Positions 41,717-51,763 are shown, counted from the first letter of the stretch. The stretch is DNA of 64,000 bases from Nemertoderma westbladi (GCA_032718475.1 JAUCBJ010008300.1:60541-124540), one strand, 5' to 3'. Translations and numbers: made by a program. Notes: a model not told the origin generated them from the sequence alone.

Positions 41717-43153
41717 TTATCGCTTAGTTGATCGAGCCCTGCCGCGTCCTCGAAAACTGCGCACAGGTGACTTTGCTCGCGATATGGGACTAATGGGGCG
41801 AGTCACTGGTTTACTTGGGACGTTGAGAGACGGTGCAACTATTTCCTCGCAAATTCGTCTGTTTGGCATCCCGAAACCTCGACCAATTCCTCGTGACCGA
41901 TCAGTTGTCGCTACAGTTGGTAGAACGTCTGGGAACGCGTGAGAAGCGGACGACGCAGACCCAAGAGTAGCTTGCGCCCCCTGTTGATCAGCTGGTGTAT
42001 GTCCCGATCCTCCTACTGGTTCTCTTGGAAGTGATACCGTATCCCGAGTAACTCGAATAGTCGGCTCAACTCCCTTGCGTTCTTCTACATTAATAATTTT
42101 CTTCAATTGTTGGCCCACCTTCTGGACCCGTATGATCCTACCCTGCCCGTCCTCCCGAGGGTGACGTGCAGACGGCGCAACCGGAGTGGCTGATATATTC
42201 GTCGCCTCTAGGACCTCTTCTTCCTCGAATACGCTCGCTCGTATACGTTTATGGTAAAACGCGGCTCGGTACGCCCATGCGACGGTTAACCAAGCTCCTT
42301 TGTTCCGCTTTTCAGTTCGGAAACGATCAAATTCACCATACGTGATACGATTTACGACTTTCTGAAAATTCCACGTGTTCTTGTTATCTGGGTGAATCTG
42401 TAACAGATACTCGCGCACCACTCGGAATCCGCTGTCGTGGGGCAAAATATCGACAACCTCGATAAGTTCGTCATATTGAGGCATAGCGGAGATGTATCCT
42501 TCCGACATCATCGTTTGAGGATTCACCGCCCAAAATCCAAGATGCGCTCTCATCGGAAACCGTCTTCTTTGTGCTGATACATGTTCGTCGGCTAAATCTT
42601 CCCACTCATCAAATAACTTCCTCACGAGTTTTACAGATTCGTGTTCATAAGGTATGTCTCTTAGTTGGCATTCAGATGCTCGATGTCCCTTTATATTGCA
42701 GTAAGTACACTGAGCCATAAATCTCCAGCAAGTATAAAAGGTATGAGACCCTTGATCCCCACACCATCCACAGATTAGCTGAGTCGTAGTAATGTGCTTT
42801 CCACTGCACTTTGCCATATGATGTCCAGCGACGCCACATTTACTACACATCGTATTAGCAGGGTACCACACTCGTTCGTATATAAGATCTCCAATCGGTC
42901 GAGCGCTTCCTCCCACACTATAATCGTAATCATCTGGGTCTATGGGTTGGTAGGTTTCTGAAGGTTGTATGCAAACTATAGCATCTGTTGCTTCAAGTTG
43001 TCGAATCTCCGTCTGAGATTTCTTCGGGAGGTTCCTTTCTATCTCAAGAAGTTCCTCTAAAGGATCGTCGGCGATCGTAGTAGTTACGTTGAAATCATCA
43101 CCGAGGTGACCGATAGGCGCGCGCGTCTGCCGTGATTCATCCGTAATCTCCAC
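41717..43153 (-). CDS. Accessory protein with three CCHC zinc knuckles and a basic RG-containing tail (478 aa)
   Basis: Knuckles CSKCGVAGHHMAKC, CGWCGDQGSHTFYTC and CTYCNIKGHRASEC; C-terminus RSFRGRGRARSTKR. The listed start is GTG and the frame is open from ~43204, so the true start is uncertain. Confidence 0.8.
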   Translation of the reverse strand: MEITDESRQTRAPIGHLGDDFNVTTTIADDPLEELLEIERNLPKKSQTEIRQLEATDAIVCIQPSETYQPIDPDDYDYSVGGSARPIGDLIYERVWYPANTMCSKCGVAGHHMAKCSGKHITTTQLICGWCGDQGSHTFYTCWRFMAQCTYCNIKGHRASECQLRDIPYEHESVKLVRKLFDEWEDLADEHVSAQRRRFPMRAHLGFWAVNPQTMMSEGYISAMPQYDELIEVVDILPHDSGFRVVREYLLQIHPDNKNTWNFQKVVNRITYGEFDRFRTEKRNKGAWLTVAWAYRAAFYHKRIRASVFEEEEVLEATNISATPVAPSARHPREDGQGRIIRVQKVGQQLKKIINVEERKGVEPTIRVTRDTVSLPREPVGGSGHTPADQQGAQATLGSASSASHAFPDVLPTVATTDRSRGIGRGFGMPNRRICEEIVAPSLNVPSKPVTRPISPISRAKSPVRSFRGRGRARSTKR

Positions 43154-44139
43154 GATACGTTTTGAGCAAAGTTTATGCTCTCGAAAACTTCCGGTGTCAT
43201 CTCCTTAGCTGAAGTTTGATCGTGTGACGTCCAATGGCAAGGTAGGCTCGCGAGTCTTCCACCCCATTCTTCCATCTCACCTTTCTCGAAAGCCTTGTAG
43301 GCTCTGTATAGGCTAAGAGCTTCTTTCTTTTCGCGGGTTGACTGATTCGCCTCGTCCAGCGTAAGTTCAAATACATCGGGTTCAACAACCTTAGGTGGGT
43401 AAATGACAGTTTCTCCCGCCTTTGGTCCGGTCATAGCAAATGAATGATATGGATTCGATAAAGGATACCCTCCTTCCTGGTAGCGTAGTTGTTGATGATT
43501 CGAACACCTCGCCAATATCGGTTCGGGATTTTCCTTATTCAAACGCATCGGAATCGCATTTCGTTGTTCGCGCATACAAGAACCGCATTGATAATAAAGT
43601 TTATAAACTGAAAATGCTTCCTTGGTTTCTCTATCGTCCCCTCGAGTTCGTCTGTAAAGATGCATTCCATCGAATTCATCGCGTACCGCAGGCATAGGTT
43701 CATGCGCCTTCAGGTATTGCATGGTATGATACAAACGACTAATTTCAGTATCGGGGTCTTCGCTAATGTCTCCCGTGTCACACAAGGCATCGTACGGGTA
43801 AAGTTCGTTGAAGGTTTGGCGCAAACTTTCGATTCTTTCGTTCAATGCGTTTTGCCTTCTCTTTAATACGTTCGAGTCATATTTAGTTCTCGCGAGTTTC
43901 GCTGTACTTTCCGATAATTCTTTTATACCAAATATAGTGTAATCCTTGGCTCCAAATCTTTCGAATGGCGCTGCTGCCTCCTCTTGGATATCATATCCCC
44001 ATCTCGGCTCTCCTTGTATCCCTTTCTCCATAATTAGGGGTGTAGTTACATAATCATTACTACTAGAGGGAATACAACAGAGTTTGTGGTTAGTTGTGAG
44101 GAGACGTGAGAGTTTCGTCTGCCTTTTGGGCTTCGACAA
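43084..44139 (-). CDS. Accessory ORF of unknown function (351 aa; first ATG at 44031)
   Basis: Long open frame with protein-like composition, a coiled-coil-like segment and a CGSC..CSNH possible metal site. It overlaps the next ORF. Confidence 0.65.
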   Translation of the reverse strand: MSKPKRQTKLSRLLTTNHKLCCIPSSSNDYVTTPLIMEKGIQGEPRWGYDIQEEAAAPFERFGAKDYTIFGIKELSESTAKLARTKYDSNVLKRRQNALNERIESLRQTFNELYPYDALCDTGDISEDPDTEISRLYHTMQYLKAHEPMPAVRDEFDGMHLYRRTRGDDRETKEAFSVYKLYYQCGSCMREQRNAIPMRLNKENPEPILARCSNHQQLRYQEGGYPLSNPYHSFAMTGPKAGETVIYPPKVVEPDVFELTLDEANQSTREKKEALSLYRAYKAFEKGEMEEWGGRLASLPCHWTSHDQTSAKEMTPEVFESINFAQNVSWRLRMNHGRRARLSVTSVMIST

Positions 44140-44690
44140 CGCTCTAACCTCCTACCCATAGCCTAAGATCTAAGGTTTCTTTAATGACACGCTGCTTCTT
44201 ATCTAAAATATTTTGCCGAAGTAAAACGAATTTGGGCTAAACTGGCCGTGAGTCTAAAATACTCACTTTTTGATCCCAAACTATTATCAGAAAATAAGCA
44301 GTCAAGAATTAGTAATAAATATAGGGGAGTCTATTTTGTCGTAACTTATTGAAACAAGACCGTGTAAAATTTAATTAAAATTTTAAGAAAGGCTCGCAAG
44401 TCTTCCTCTCTTGTTTCTCTAATTTTAAGTTCCACCCGACTGTACCCTGAAATCTATTCACTGGAGAAAATTTTAAAAATTTTTCAAATCCAAATGGATT
44501 GTCTAAAATTTCGAAAATGTCTCAATATTGTGAGTTCCAAGTAGAATTCCATTTCTTATACCTACAAATCCCGCTCCTATGTGACACATAAGGGTACTAC
44601 CCTCAATGTTCACATATAAAGACAATGGAATTCTACCGCTGTCCTTACTACGGTGTACAGGTACGTGGAAATCTATTTGTAAACTCCTAA

Positions 44691-47600
44691 TTATTTACTA
44701 GTATTAGGTGGAGATTTGTAGTCTCCAGACTCGTTACGAGTCTCTTCAAGAAGTACGAGACGTTGAGTCGGTCTGTCTACTGTGCGACCGTCAATTGTCC
44801 GTACCGTCACAGTTCTTGTCACTCCATCCATAGATGGATGTGTGGCTAAAATGACACCTGTTATCCAGAAGCGTCTTTTCAGATTCACTTCTGCCAACAG
44901 CACGTGATCTCCCGGCTTTAATGCGCGGGTGTTATTGTACCAGTTTGTTCTGGCAGAAATAGAGGGCAAATAATGGTTTTGCCATATTTCCCAGAATTTG
45001 TTAGCCAGTAGTTGCGTGATTTTCCACGCTTTTTTCCCGTAACTATCGCTTTCCATTGGAATGGAAATCGGCGTTAATGTCGTCGGTGCCTGCATAAGCA
45101 GGTGTGCCGGTGTTAAAGCAAACTGGGATTGTTTGTCATCGGGTACTAATACTATTGGTCTAGTATTTAGTATTGCCTCGATTTCAACAAAAAATGTTGT
45201 CAGTTGGTCGTCTGTTAATATGTGGTTTACTGGAATGACCTTTGCCATTGCTGTCTTTATAGATCTAATCAGTCTCTCCCAGACTCCGCCTCTCCAAGGA
45301 CTATCTGGAGGATTAAACTTCCAAACAATCTTGTGAGGTTGCAGTTCGTTCGAGATTTGATCATGATCTAATCTCTTAAAGGCTCTAGCAATCTCATTCC
45401 GAGCACCAACAAAGTTTGTCCCTTGGTCTGAGTACAAGCATTTTACTAGTCCGCGTCTAGCGATAAATCGCCGCAGTGCTAGTATAAACGCGTTGGTGGA
45501 AAGATCCATCACACGTTCAATGTGAACTGCCCTACTGGACATACATGTGAAAATCAGTCCCCAGCGTTTTACTAGTATACGTCCACGTTTAGTATGTATG
45601 GGACCAAAGCAATCAATTCCAGTCTCTGTAAAAGGTGGTCTGAATGCTTGAAGTCGTGCTTGTGGTAGTTCACTCATTTCTTGGGTACCTATTCTAGAAT
45701 GTACCTTTTTACAAATAATACACGTACGTGTCACTGAACTTAACGCTTTACTGGGTCTAATTAATACAAATCTAGTACGTAAGTAGGAAAGACAGTGGTG
45801 TCTTCCAGCGTGTTTCAGATGTAAATGTGCGTCCAGTATCATTGCACGTTGTAGTTCGTGATGTTGCGGTATTATTATTGGGTACCTAAAGTTCGTGTTA
45901 AAGTCAATGTTTTGAAGCCGAGATTTATGACAAATTAAGCCATTATAAATAATCGGACTCCAACTCAGTATCGGTGACGACTTGATTGGTTGACCTTGAT
46001 TTATAGATGTGAATTCGCGCGCGAAATATCGCAGTTGGTAATGGCGAATTAATTTAATCTCACACCTGTCAATCTCAGCCAATGTAAGTCGACGTGTAAA
46101 GTCACGTTTGCCTTTAACGTATTGTACAAAACGTACAATCCACGCTAATTTTCGGCAAGCGTTTGACCAAGAGTCTGTTAAGTTTACAATACGGTCGACA
46201 TAAGTATTTGTGACGTCATCAGGTAAGTCAATTGGGAATTTGGAAGGTTTTAAATTACTAGAAGGGCCCACGGGTCCGCCGGCAAGTATTCCCTTGTTGA
46301 CTGTTGATCCGTCCGGGTCTACAAGTAATTTGTCCTTCTTTGTCTTCTTACCTTGATTGTCAGTACTTTGTAAGTCGATCGTTAATGGTGGTTTGAACTC
46401 TATGGGATCAGTGGGTTTCGCTAAACTTATTTTTCTGCCGACATTAATCCCAGGTCTCGCCATAGGTTGCAGGTTCGGTATGTCTCTTGAGCGCAAAGTA
46501 ACACCTGTATTTACATTAGCGTAGGTACTACCCACATCTGTAATACATGAGGTTTCACCGTGCTTATGGTTGCTCAAGTGTGTCAAAATTGGTAGTTTGT
46601 CAATACAAGGCCGCTCCAATAGGGAAACTGCGGCTTTATTGTTAGTCAATACATTACTAGTGTCTAGTCGACTGTCTAGTAGTGTGTCTGGCGATACGTC
46701 TGGTAACGTATCTGGTTGTTTGTCAATAGAAGGCCGCTCCAATAGGGAAACTGCGGCTTTACTGTTTGTCAGTGCGTTACTAACGTCTGGTGGAACATTT
46801 TGTGACATGTCTGTCAAAACGTCTGGTTGACCGTCTAGTAACGTGTCTGGTTGACCGTCTGGCGATATGTCTGGTGTAGAAAGGCTCGCAAGTCTTCCTC
46901 TCTTGACCTTTGAAGTTATATCCTTCCATTTCGCCTTCGGTTTTTTCTTGAGTTTTGCCGCCGTTGTCTTTTTCTTTGTCTCGACGGGCACTGTTGAGGT
47001 TGTTGGGGTAGGTAGACTCGCAAGCCTATCATCTGTCGTCGATGGAGTCTCTAGCTGACTCGTCTTCTCCCCAAGTTCTAAACTCCGCTGGTGGGTTAGC
47101 TGCTCCTTGTGACTTATCATACTAGTTACACGTCTGTGATGTTTTGTCGACTGTAGCGTAGTATGGTTCACGTCGTGTGAAAAGGAATGAATTGAGTTTG
47201 TAGTCAATAAACTACATGTACTCTGTACGTCGTCTTCCTCGTCACTTACGTCTAGTGTGCGCACAGGCGCTCGAGTATACCACCCTATCGGCGTTCTGCA
47301 GGCGTATGCGTTTCCTGCTACAACTGCCGATGGTCTGGTTTCCCACACCTGGTGTAGGTTGAATTGGTCCGTCCCGATCAGCATTGCTACCGATCTATAA
47401 TTGACAGGACATTCGGGTACACCAAGGTGTCTGAAATACTTACGGTCCTCCAGAGATTGTTCCGGCACTGGACCTAGTAGGTTACTAAAGTCCTTCGTGG
47501 CCGCAAAGGTTAGATCTCTAAAGGGCAACAAAGACCTCTCCCTCTCGCTGTGTTGCGATTTTGGAAGAAGAGAGTCTAAGTCCAACTTAACTCGTGTCAC

Positions 47601-50600
47601 TGGTATTGCACGCTGGCCGTGCATACTACTTACTGTATAACTTACGTGCTTACCTTGTCTAAGATCTGTTACGACGTCAGCTATCTTTTCATCTACGTAA
47701 CTGTGAGATGAGGCTGAGTCTAGAATCGCGTAAATCCTCTTACTCCCTTTTGTGCCAGTAACTTTAATTGGGATTACACTGAATCCCTTCAGTTGGTCAG
47801 TGGTCAGGAGCGCGATTGACGGTTGTTCGTCTCCATTTGAATATTCGTCGTCTTCTGATTCTTCGTCCGACGATCCGGATTGTTCTGAAAAGCAATCCTC
47901 TATATGGGTCACGAAAGTCGGAGTCGTTTTCGATTCCCGTTTTCGGTAAGCCGCATCACATCTCGCTGCTGCTTCCGGGTGTTCCCTGGCGAAGCGTTTC
48001 GTCGGCGTGTGGCTGTCTGTGTGGAGCAGACCGTCGTGGTTGCGTCCACAGGATGGACAAGTGTCGGTATTTGGGCAATCCTTACGGACGTGTCCGTGTC
48101 GCGTACACCGCCAACAAGAGTCCAGTGGCCGTATCTGCAGCCGTCGTTCTTCTGAGTTCAACTCGCGAAATTGTCGACAACCTCGTAACTTGTGACCAAT
48201 ATACCGCTTACCTAAATGTTCGCAGTATTGGCAGCCGTTGAAGTCGGTGCTGAGTTGCTGTCTCGTCTGTTTCGTCCCAATGGGCGCAGATACTCTATTA
48301 CCGTCTGAGAATTGTCGTGATTCCGTCGGTGTGGCGTAAGTGGCCGTCTTTGTGGATGTTGTCTGGGGTTTTTGTCGGTTAGAGGATGGCAGTGTGATCC
48401 CTTCTGCCACGATGTGCTGGTCGGTATAGTTAGATCGAGTTTCTACTACCGCCTCCCTGGATATTAAAAGGTACACATCTTCTAATTTTAGGAATCCTCC
48501 TCGCTCCTCTCGCTGGTATTCGACCTTCCTCCACTCCCGACGAAGTCGATGGTGGAGTCGTCCTATTATCTTTAATAGGACTGTAGGGGTATTTCCGTAA
48601 TCAAGTTGTCCAATTGATCTTAAGGTAGTGATAGCGTTCTTAATCTCGTCAGCCAGTTTTAGTAAGTCGACGGGTTTAGTGATAGCCCCTCCCTTACAGA
48701 GTTCTTCTATTACTGACCTGGCCATACTCACTGTACCTCCGTATATCGAAGTCAAACGATCGTACGCTAGTTCGAAAGCGTCTGGTACACCGACGAAAGT
48801 CTCCGCCAAACGTTTAGGTTCTCCTGACAACGTTTGGAGCAAGTAATTGAACTTCTCTCGTGATGTAAAGGCGCACACGGCGATCTGGGATTCAATATAG
48901 TCTACGAAGGTATGCCAGTGTTTTGAGCTACCGGAGAACTTCGGTGGTTGTTGTACCGGCAATCCCTGTCTGGCTGCGAATTTCGCTATCTCCTCGGCAA
49001 CGTTCAGAGTTTCGCGTCCTTGGTTGGTAGTCTGGTTGATGTTCTCCCTTCTAGGCGCTTTTCCCTGATACGATGTGGGGTTTGAAGGTACCGGTCTTTG
49101 TGGTCCCTTCGGGTGTCTATTGTGTTCGAATTCGGAATTTCTCGAACTGTCGGTGTAACCTTCCTCCAGACGTTCCTCAATCCGGGCCAACTTGTTGACA
49201 ATGTCGGCGAACTGTTGCGCACCGATCGCGCCCGCTGGTGGTAACGCCTTCTGTGTCGGTGTATTCTGTGGAGGATTATCTGCAAAGGAGTTGTCTGAAC
49301 GCTCGCGTTTATATTCATCGGCCGCCCCTGTTCTAAATACCTCGCGTTTCGGGTAATCCGATTCGCTCGAAGTACTACTATCATCTGGATATGGTGGTCG
49401 ACGTGCTCGCGTTCGTTGCGTCGTACGAGTTCTAACGGCTCGTTTCGGAACATCGTCCACTGATCTCCGTTGTTCGGTAGGCTCACAAGTCTTCCTCGAA
49501 GTCGTAGATTGCGATGTAAACTGGTTGAACGGTCGCGTCTCCACTGTTCTCCGTTGTTCGGTAGGCTCACAAGTCTTCCTCGAAGTCGTAGATTGCGATG
49601 TAAACTGGTTGAACGGTCGCGTCTCCACTGTTCTCCGTTGTTCGGTAGGCTCACAAGTCTTCCTCGAAGTCGTAGATTGCGATGTAAACTGAACCGGTGG
49701 GCGAATGACAGCATTTGAGACAACTGGCCTTGTAGGTCGAAACGTCATTGGGTAAGCGTAATGTGTAACGGGTTTAGGTGTCAAAGGTGGACTCACCTGT
49801 TTTGTCGTCAGTAGCGCAGGTCCGGTCAATAAACTACTACGATCCGTAATCGGTGGGTTACTTACCTTGACTTTCGGAATGGGCGACGACGTTGCTCTTG
49901 GCGGTGTAAACTCGTCCGGAATAACAAACCTGTGGTCCGTCGCACCATGGATAGGAGAAATGTTACTACTACCCGCAATCGAAACAGGTTCCTTAGTCGT
50001 AACCGGTGCAAACATATGAGTTACTTGTGGGAATCGTTGACACACGTCTTTTACTAATTGTCGTTCCCGTCCGGGTGCTCCTACGCTTCCTTCCTTCTTC
50101 CGTTCCTGAATTTGGCGATGTCTTACCTCTAACTGGTCCAAATCATGTCCGTCGCGAGATCTCATCGATCGATCGCGGGCTAGAAGATCCAGATTTTCCT
50201 TAGTTTCGGCTAATTCTCTCGCCCTCTTCTCAAGTTCGAAACGAAGTTTAACTTCCTTTTCTCGTTGTTCCGTTTGTTGTTGTTGCGCCTCGAACTCTGC
50301 TTGTCGTATCGCTTGTTGGGCTTTTATTTGCCGTGTCTTCATCTCGACTCTGGCTTCCGAAACTACTCTTTGTCGCTCTAACTCTGCCGCAGCCGTTTGT
50401 CGCTCTAACTCTGCCGCAGCCGTTTGTCGCTCTAACTCAGCCGCTGCAGCTGCCGCTGCCGTTTGTCGCTCTAACTCGGCCGCTGCCGCTGCCGTTTGTC
50501 GCTCTAACTCGGCTGTTGCCGTTCGTTGCGCTAACTCGGCCGTTGCCGCTTGTTGGGCAATGTCCAACTCTAACCTTTCCATTTCGGCCGCTTCGAGTTC

Positions 50601-51557
50601 GGCTTGTTCCTGCAGATGAGAGATTCTCGCTACATTCGCAACACGTATTTTCTCTTCCTCTACTGCTGTTTGTATCATTAGAAGTTGAGCTTGTTCTTCT
50701 ATCTCGTGTTGCTGTCTGTAGAACTGCTGCTGTTGTCGAGCAACTTCTGACGTGACTATACTTCCTTCGCAGATTTCGCTACGAATACTTACCAATGATT
50801 GATTTAGTATTCCCGGTGCCGATTCGATTTGTGCGAATGAAGTTTCCCTCGTGTATTCCGGCACGGTTTCCAAATCGCCGACGTCTTCGCCGCACATGCG
50901 TAAGTGGTCCGTCAGATGTTTCAATTGTCCATCCAGTCGGTACAATTCCTGTTCTTCCTCGGGTTGTAATAATTCGTCCGAAACTGACTCACCTAACAAC
51001 TGGTCCGCTTGTTCCTGTTGTATCTGTCTAATCGTCGACTTAAACTGAATCAGTTTCTCTCTAGTGATCATTAGTTTCTCGAGGATTCTAAGTTGAGTAT
51101 CCATGTCCTGTCTCTGTCTAGCTAGATCTTGTAGGCCAACTAGATTATCTACGGACTTATATACTTTACTCTGTACTCTAACCTGGAGGGTGTAGAACTC
51201 GAATCGAGACATCGGAGCGGTCAACCCGTCTAATATGCGTTGGCCTTCTCCAATACTCCTGGTTATATGCGCCATGTATCCACCGACGCTTCTAACCACA
51301 CTTTCTGTGCTTCCTGCTGAACTTACCAATTCCGTTTCCCTATATCTAGGTTGCGGAACAGTTAGAAAGTCCTCGGTCCTGCCGTCGCCTCGTACTACGG
51401 CATCCGGTACTCCCGTTGGATGTACTGGTGACGCACACGGTGTAGGTTCGGTAGGCTCGCGAGTCTTCCCCTGTGGTTCTTCCGCCGCTGACTTATCCGC
51501 GTCACATGAGTCATAGTCGGTTTGTGTATTCTTCGTATAGTCTTGTTTGTCACTCAT
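44691..51557 (-). CDS. BEL/Pao Gag-protease-integrase polyprotein without RT or RNase H (2288 aa)
   Basis: In order: coiled-coil N-terminus; DUF1759-like Gag (PPKFSGSSKHWHTF..LSGEPKRL); three BEL-type Cys/His knuckles (CQYC..H..C, CWRCTRHGHVRKDC, CPSCGRNHDGLLH); aspartic protease AILDSASSHSYV; integrase HHCC (HLHLKH..CIIC); DDE core (GIDCFGP, SDQGTNF, GGVWERLI); DUF5641-like tail (NKFWEIWQNHYL). No YxDD motif seen between protease and integrase. Confidence 0.95.
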   Translation of the reverse strand: MSDKQDYTKNTQTDYDSCDADKSAAEEPQGKTREPTEPTPCASPVHPTGVPDAVVRGDGRTEDFLTVPQPRYRETELVSSAGSTESVVRSVGGYMAHITRSIGEGQRILDGLTAPMSRFEFYTLQVRVQSKVYKSVDNLVGLQDLARQRQDMDTQLRILEKLMITREKLIQFKSTIRQIQQEQADQLLGESVSDELLQPEEEQELYRLDGQLKHLTDHLRMCGEDVGDLETVPEYTRETSFAQIESAPGILNQSLVSIRSEICEGSIVTSEVARQQQQFYRQQHEIEEQAQLLMIQTAVEEEKIRVANVARISHLQEQAELEAAEMERLELDIAQQAATAELAQRTATAELERQTAAAAAELERQTAAAAAAAELERQTAAAELERQTAAAELERQRVVSEARVEMKTRQIKAQQAIRQAEFEAQQQQTEQREKEVKLRFELEKRARELAETKENLDLLARDRSMRSRDGHDLDQLEVRHRQIQERKKEGSVGAPGRERQLVKDVCQRFPQVTHMFAPVTTKEPVSIAGSSNISPIHGATDHRFVIPDEFTPPRATSSPIPKVKVSNPPITDRSSLLTGPALLTTKQVSPPLTPKPVTHYAYPMTFRPTRPVVSNAVIRPPVQFTSQSTTSRKTCEPTEQRRTVETRPFNQFTSQSTTSRKTCEPTEQRRTVETRPFNQFTSQSTTSRKTCEPTEQRRSVDDVPKRAVRTRTTQRTRARRPPYPDDSSTSSESDYPKREVFRTGAADEYKRERSDNSFADNPPQNTPTQKALPPAGAIGAQQFADIVNKLARIEERLEEGYTDSSRNSEFEHNRHPKGPQRPVPSNPTSYQGKAPRRENINQTTNQGRETLNVAEEIAKFAARQGLPVQQPPKFSGSSKHWHTFVDYIESQIAVCAFTSREKFNYLLQTLSGEPKRLAETFVGVPDAFELAYDRLTSIYGGTVSMARSVIEELCKGGAITKPVDLLKLADEIKNAITTLRSIGQLDYGNTPTVLLKIIGRLHHRLRREWRKVEYQREERGGFLKLEDVYLLISREAVVETRSNYTDQHIVAEGITLPSSNRQKPQTTSTKTATYATPTESRQFSDGNRVSAPIGTKQTRQQLSTDFNGCQYCEHLGKRYIGHKLRGCRQFRELNSEERRLQIRPLDSCWRCTRHGHVRKDCPNTDTCPSCGRNHDGLLHTDSHTPTKRFAREHPEAAARCDAAYRKRESKTTPTFVTHIEDCFSEQSGSSDEESEDDEYSNGDEQPSIALLTTDQLKGFSVIPIKVTGTKGSKRIYAILDSASSHSYVDEKIADVVTDLRQGKHVSYTVSSMHGQRAIPVTRVKLDLDSLLPKSQHSERERSLLPFRDLTFAATKDFSNLLGPVPEQSLEDRKYFRHLGVPECPVNYRSVAMLIGTDQFNLHQVWETRPSAVVAGNAYACRTPIGWYTRAPVRTLDVSDEEDDVQSTCSLLTTNSIHSFSHDVNHTTLQSTKHHRRVTSMISHKEQLTHQRSLELGEKTSQLETPSTTDDRLASLPTPTTSTVPVETKKKTTAAKLKKKPKAKWKDITSKVKRGRLASLSTPDISPDGQPDTLLDGQPDVLTDMSQNVPPDVSNALTNSKAAVSLLERPSIDKQPDTLPDVSPDTLLDSRLDTSNVLTNNKAAVSLLERPCIDKLPILTHLSNHKHGETSCITDVGSTYANVNTGVTLRSRDIPNLQPMARPGINVGRKISLAKPTDPIEFKPPLTIDLQSTDNQGKKTKKDKLLVDPDGSTVNKGILAGGPVGPSSNLKPSKFPIDLPDDVTNTYVDRIVNLTDSWSNACRKLAWIVRFVQYVKGKRDFTRRLTLAEIDRCEIKLIRHYQLRYFAREFTSINQGQPIKSSPILSWSPIIYNGLICHKSRLQNIDFNTNFRYPIIIPQHHELQRAMILDAHLHLKHAGRHHCLSYLRTRFVLIRPSKALSSVTRTCIICKKVHSRIGTQEMSELPQARLQAFRPPFTETGIDCFGPIHTKRGRILVKRWGLIFTCMSSRAVHIERVMDLSTNAFILALRRFIARRGLVKCLYSDQGTNFVGARNEIARAFKRLDHDQISNELQPHKIVWKFNPPDSPWRGGVWERLIRSIKTAMAKVIPVNHILTDDQLTTFFVEIEAILNTRPIVLVPDDKQSQFALTPAHLLMQAPTTLTPISIPMESDSYGKKAWKITQLLANKFWEIWQNHYLPSISARTNWYNNTRALKPGDHVLLAEVNLKRRFWITGVILATHPSMDGVTRTVTVRTIDGRTVDRPTQRLVLLEETRNESGDYKSPPNTSK
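49460..49692 (-). repeat. In-frame 84-bp tandem repeat x3 within gag
   Basis: QFTSQSTTSRKTCEPTEQRR is repeated three times. Confidence 0.95.
50368..50550 (-). repeat. In-frame 27-36-bp tandem repeat (AAAELERQT) within the gag coiled coil
   Basis: The motif tttgtcgctctaactc recurs about 6 times. Confidence 0.92.
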
Positions 51558-51641
51558 TTCGGTAGTTGTAAGTCAAGTGAAGTGAGTGTAAAAGTATCGA
51601 GTTTACCGTATTTGTATAAAACGGTACTAATTACAGTCATA

Positions 51642-51763
51642 TAAAATTAGCCTACCGGCCGATTTTATAGCAGATGGATAAAATTAGCCTAAACGGCCAA
51701 TTTTACAGCAAATAAATGTCACGGAATAAGTATATAATAAAATTAGCCTAGCGGCCAATTTTA
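51642..51763 (-). other. Three tandem stem-loops in the 5' leader
   Basis: Copies at 51642-51667, 51679-51705 and 51738-51763. The minus strand reads UAAAAUUGGCC-loop-GGCUAAUUUUA. Confidence 0.75.

Noticed and set aside
41717-44139. env gene
   Set aside because: No signal peptide or transmembrane anchor is evident, and CCHC knuckles point to nucleic-acid binding.
46190-46210. YVDR (and YVDE in the protease) as an RT YxDD motif
   Set aside because: The second Asp is missing and no surrounding RT motifs are present.
45061-51516. Plus-strand and alternate-frame ORFs overlapping the polyprotein (including 49004-49723)
   Set aside because: They are antisense or out-of-frame shadows of a long coding region and its in-frame repeats, with no recognisable motifs.
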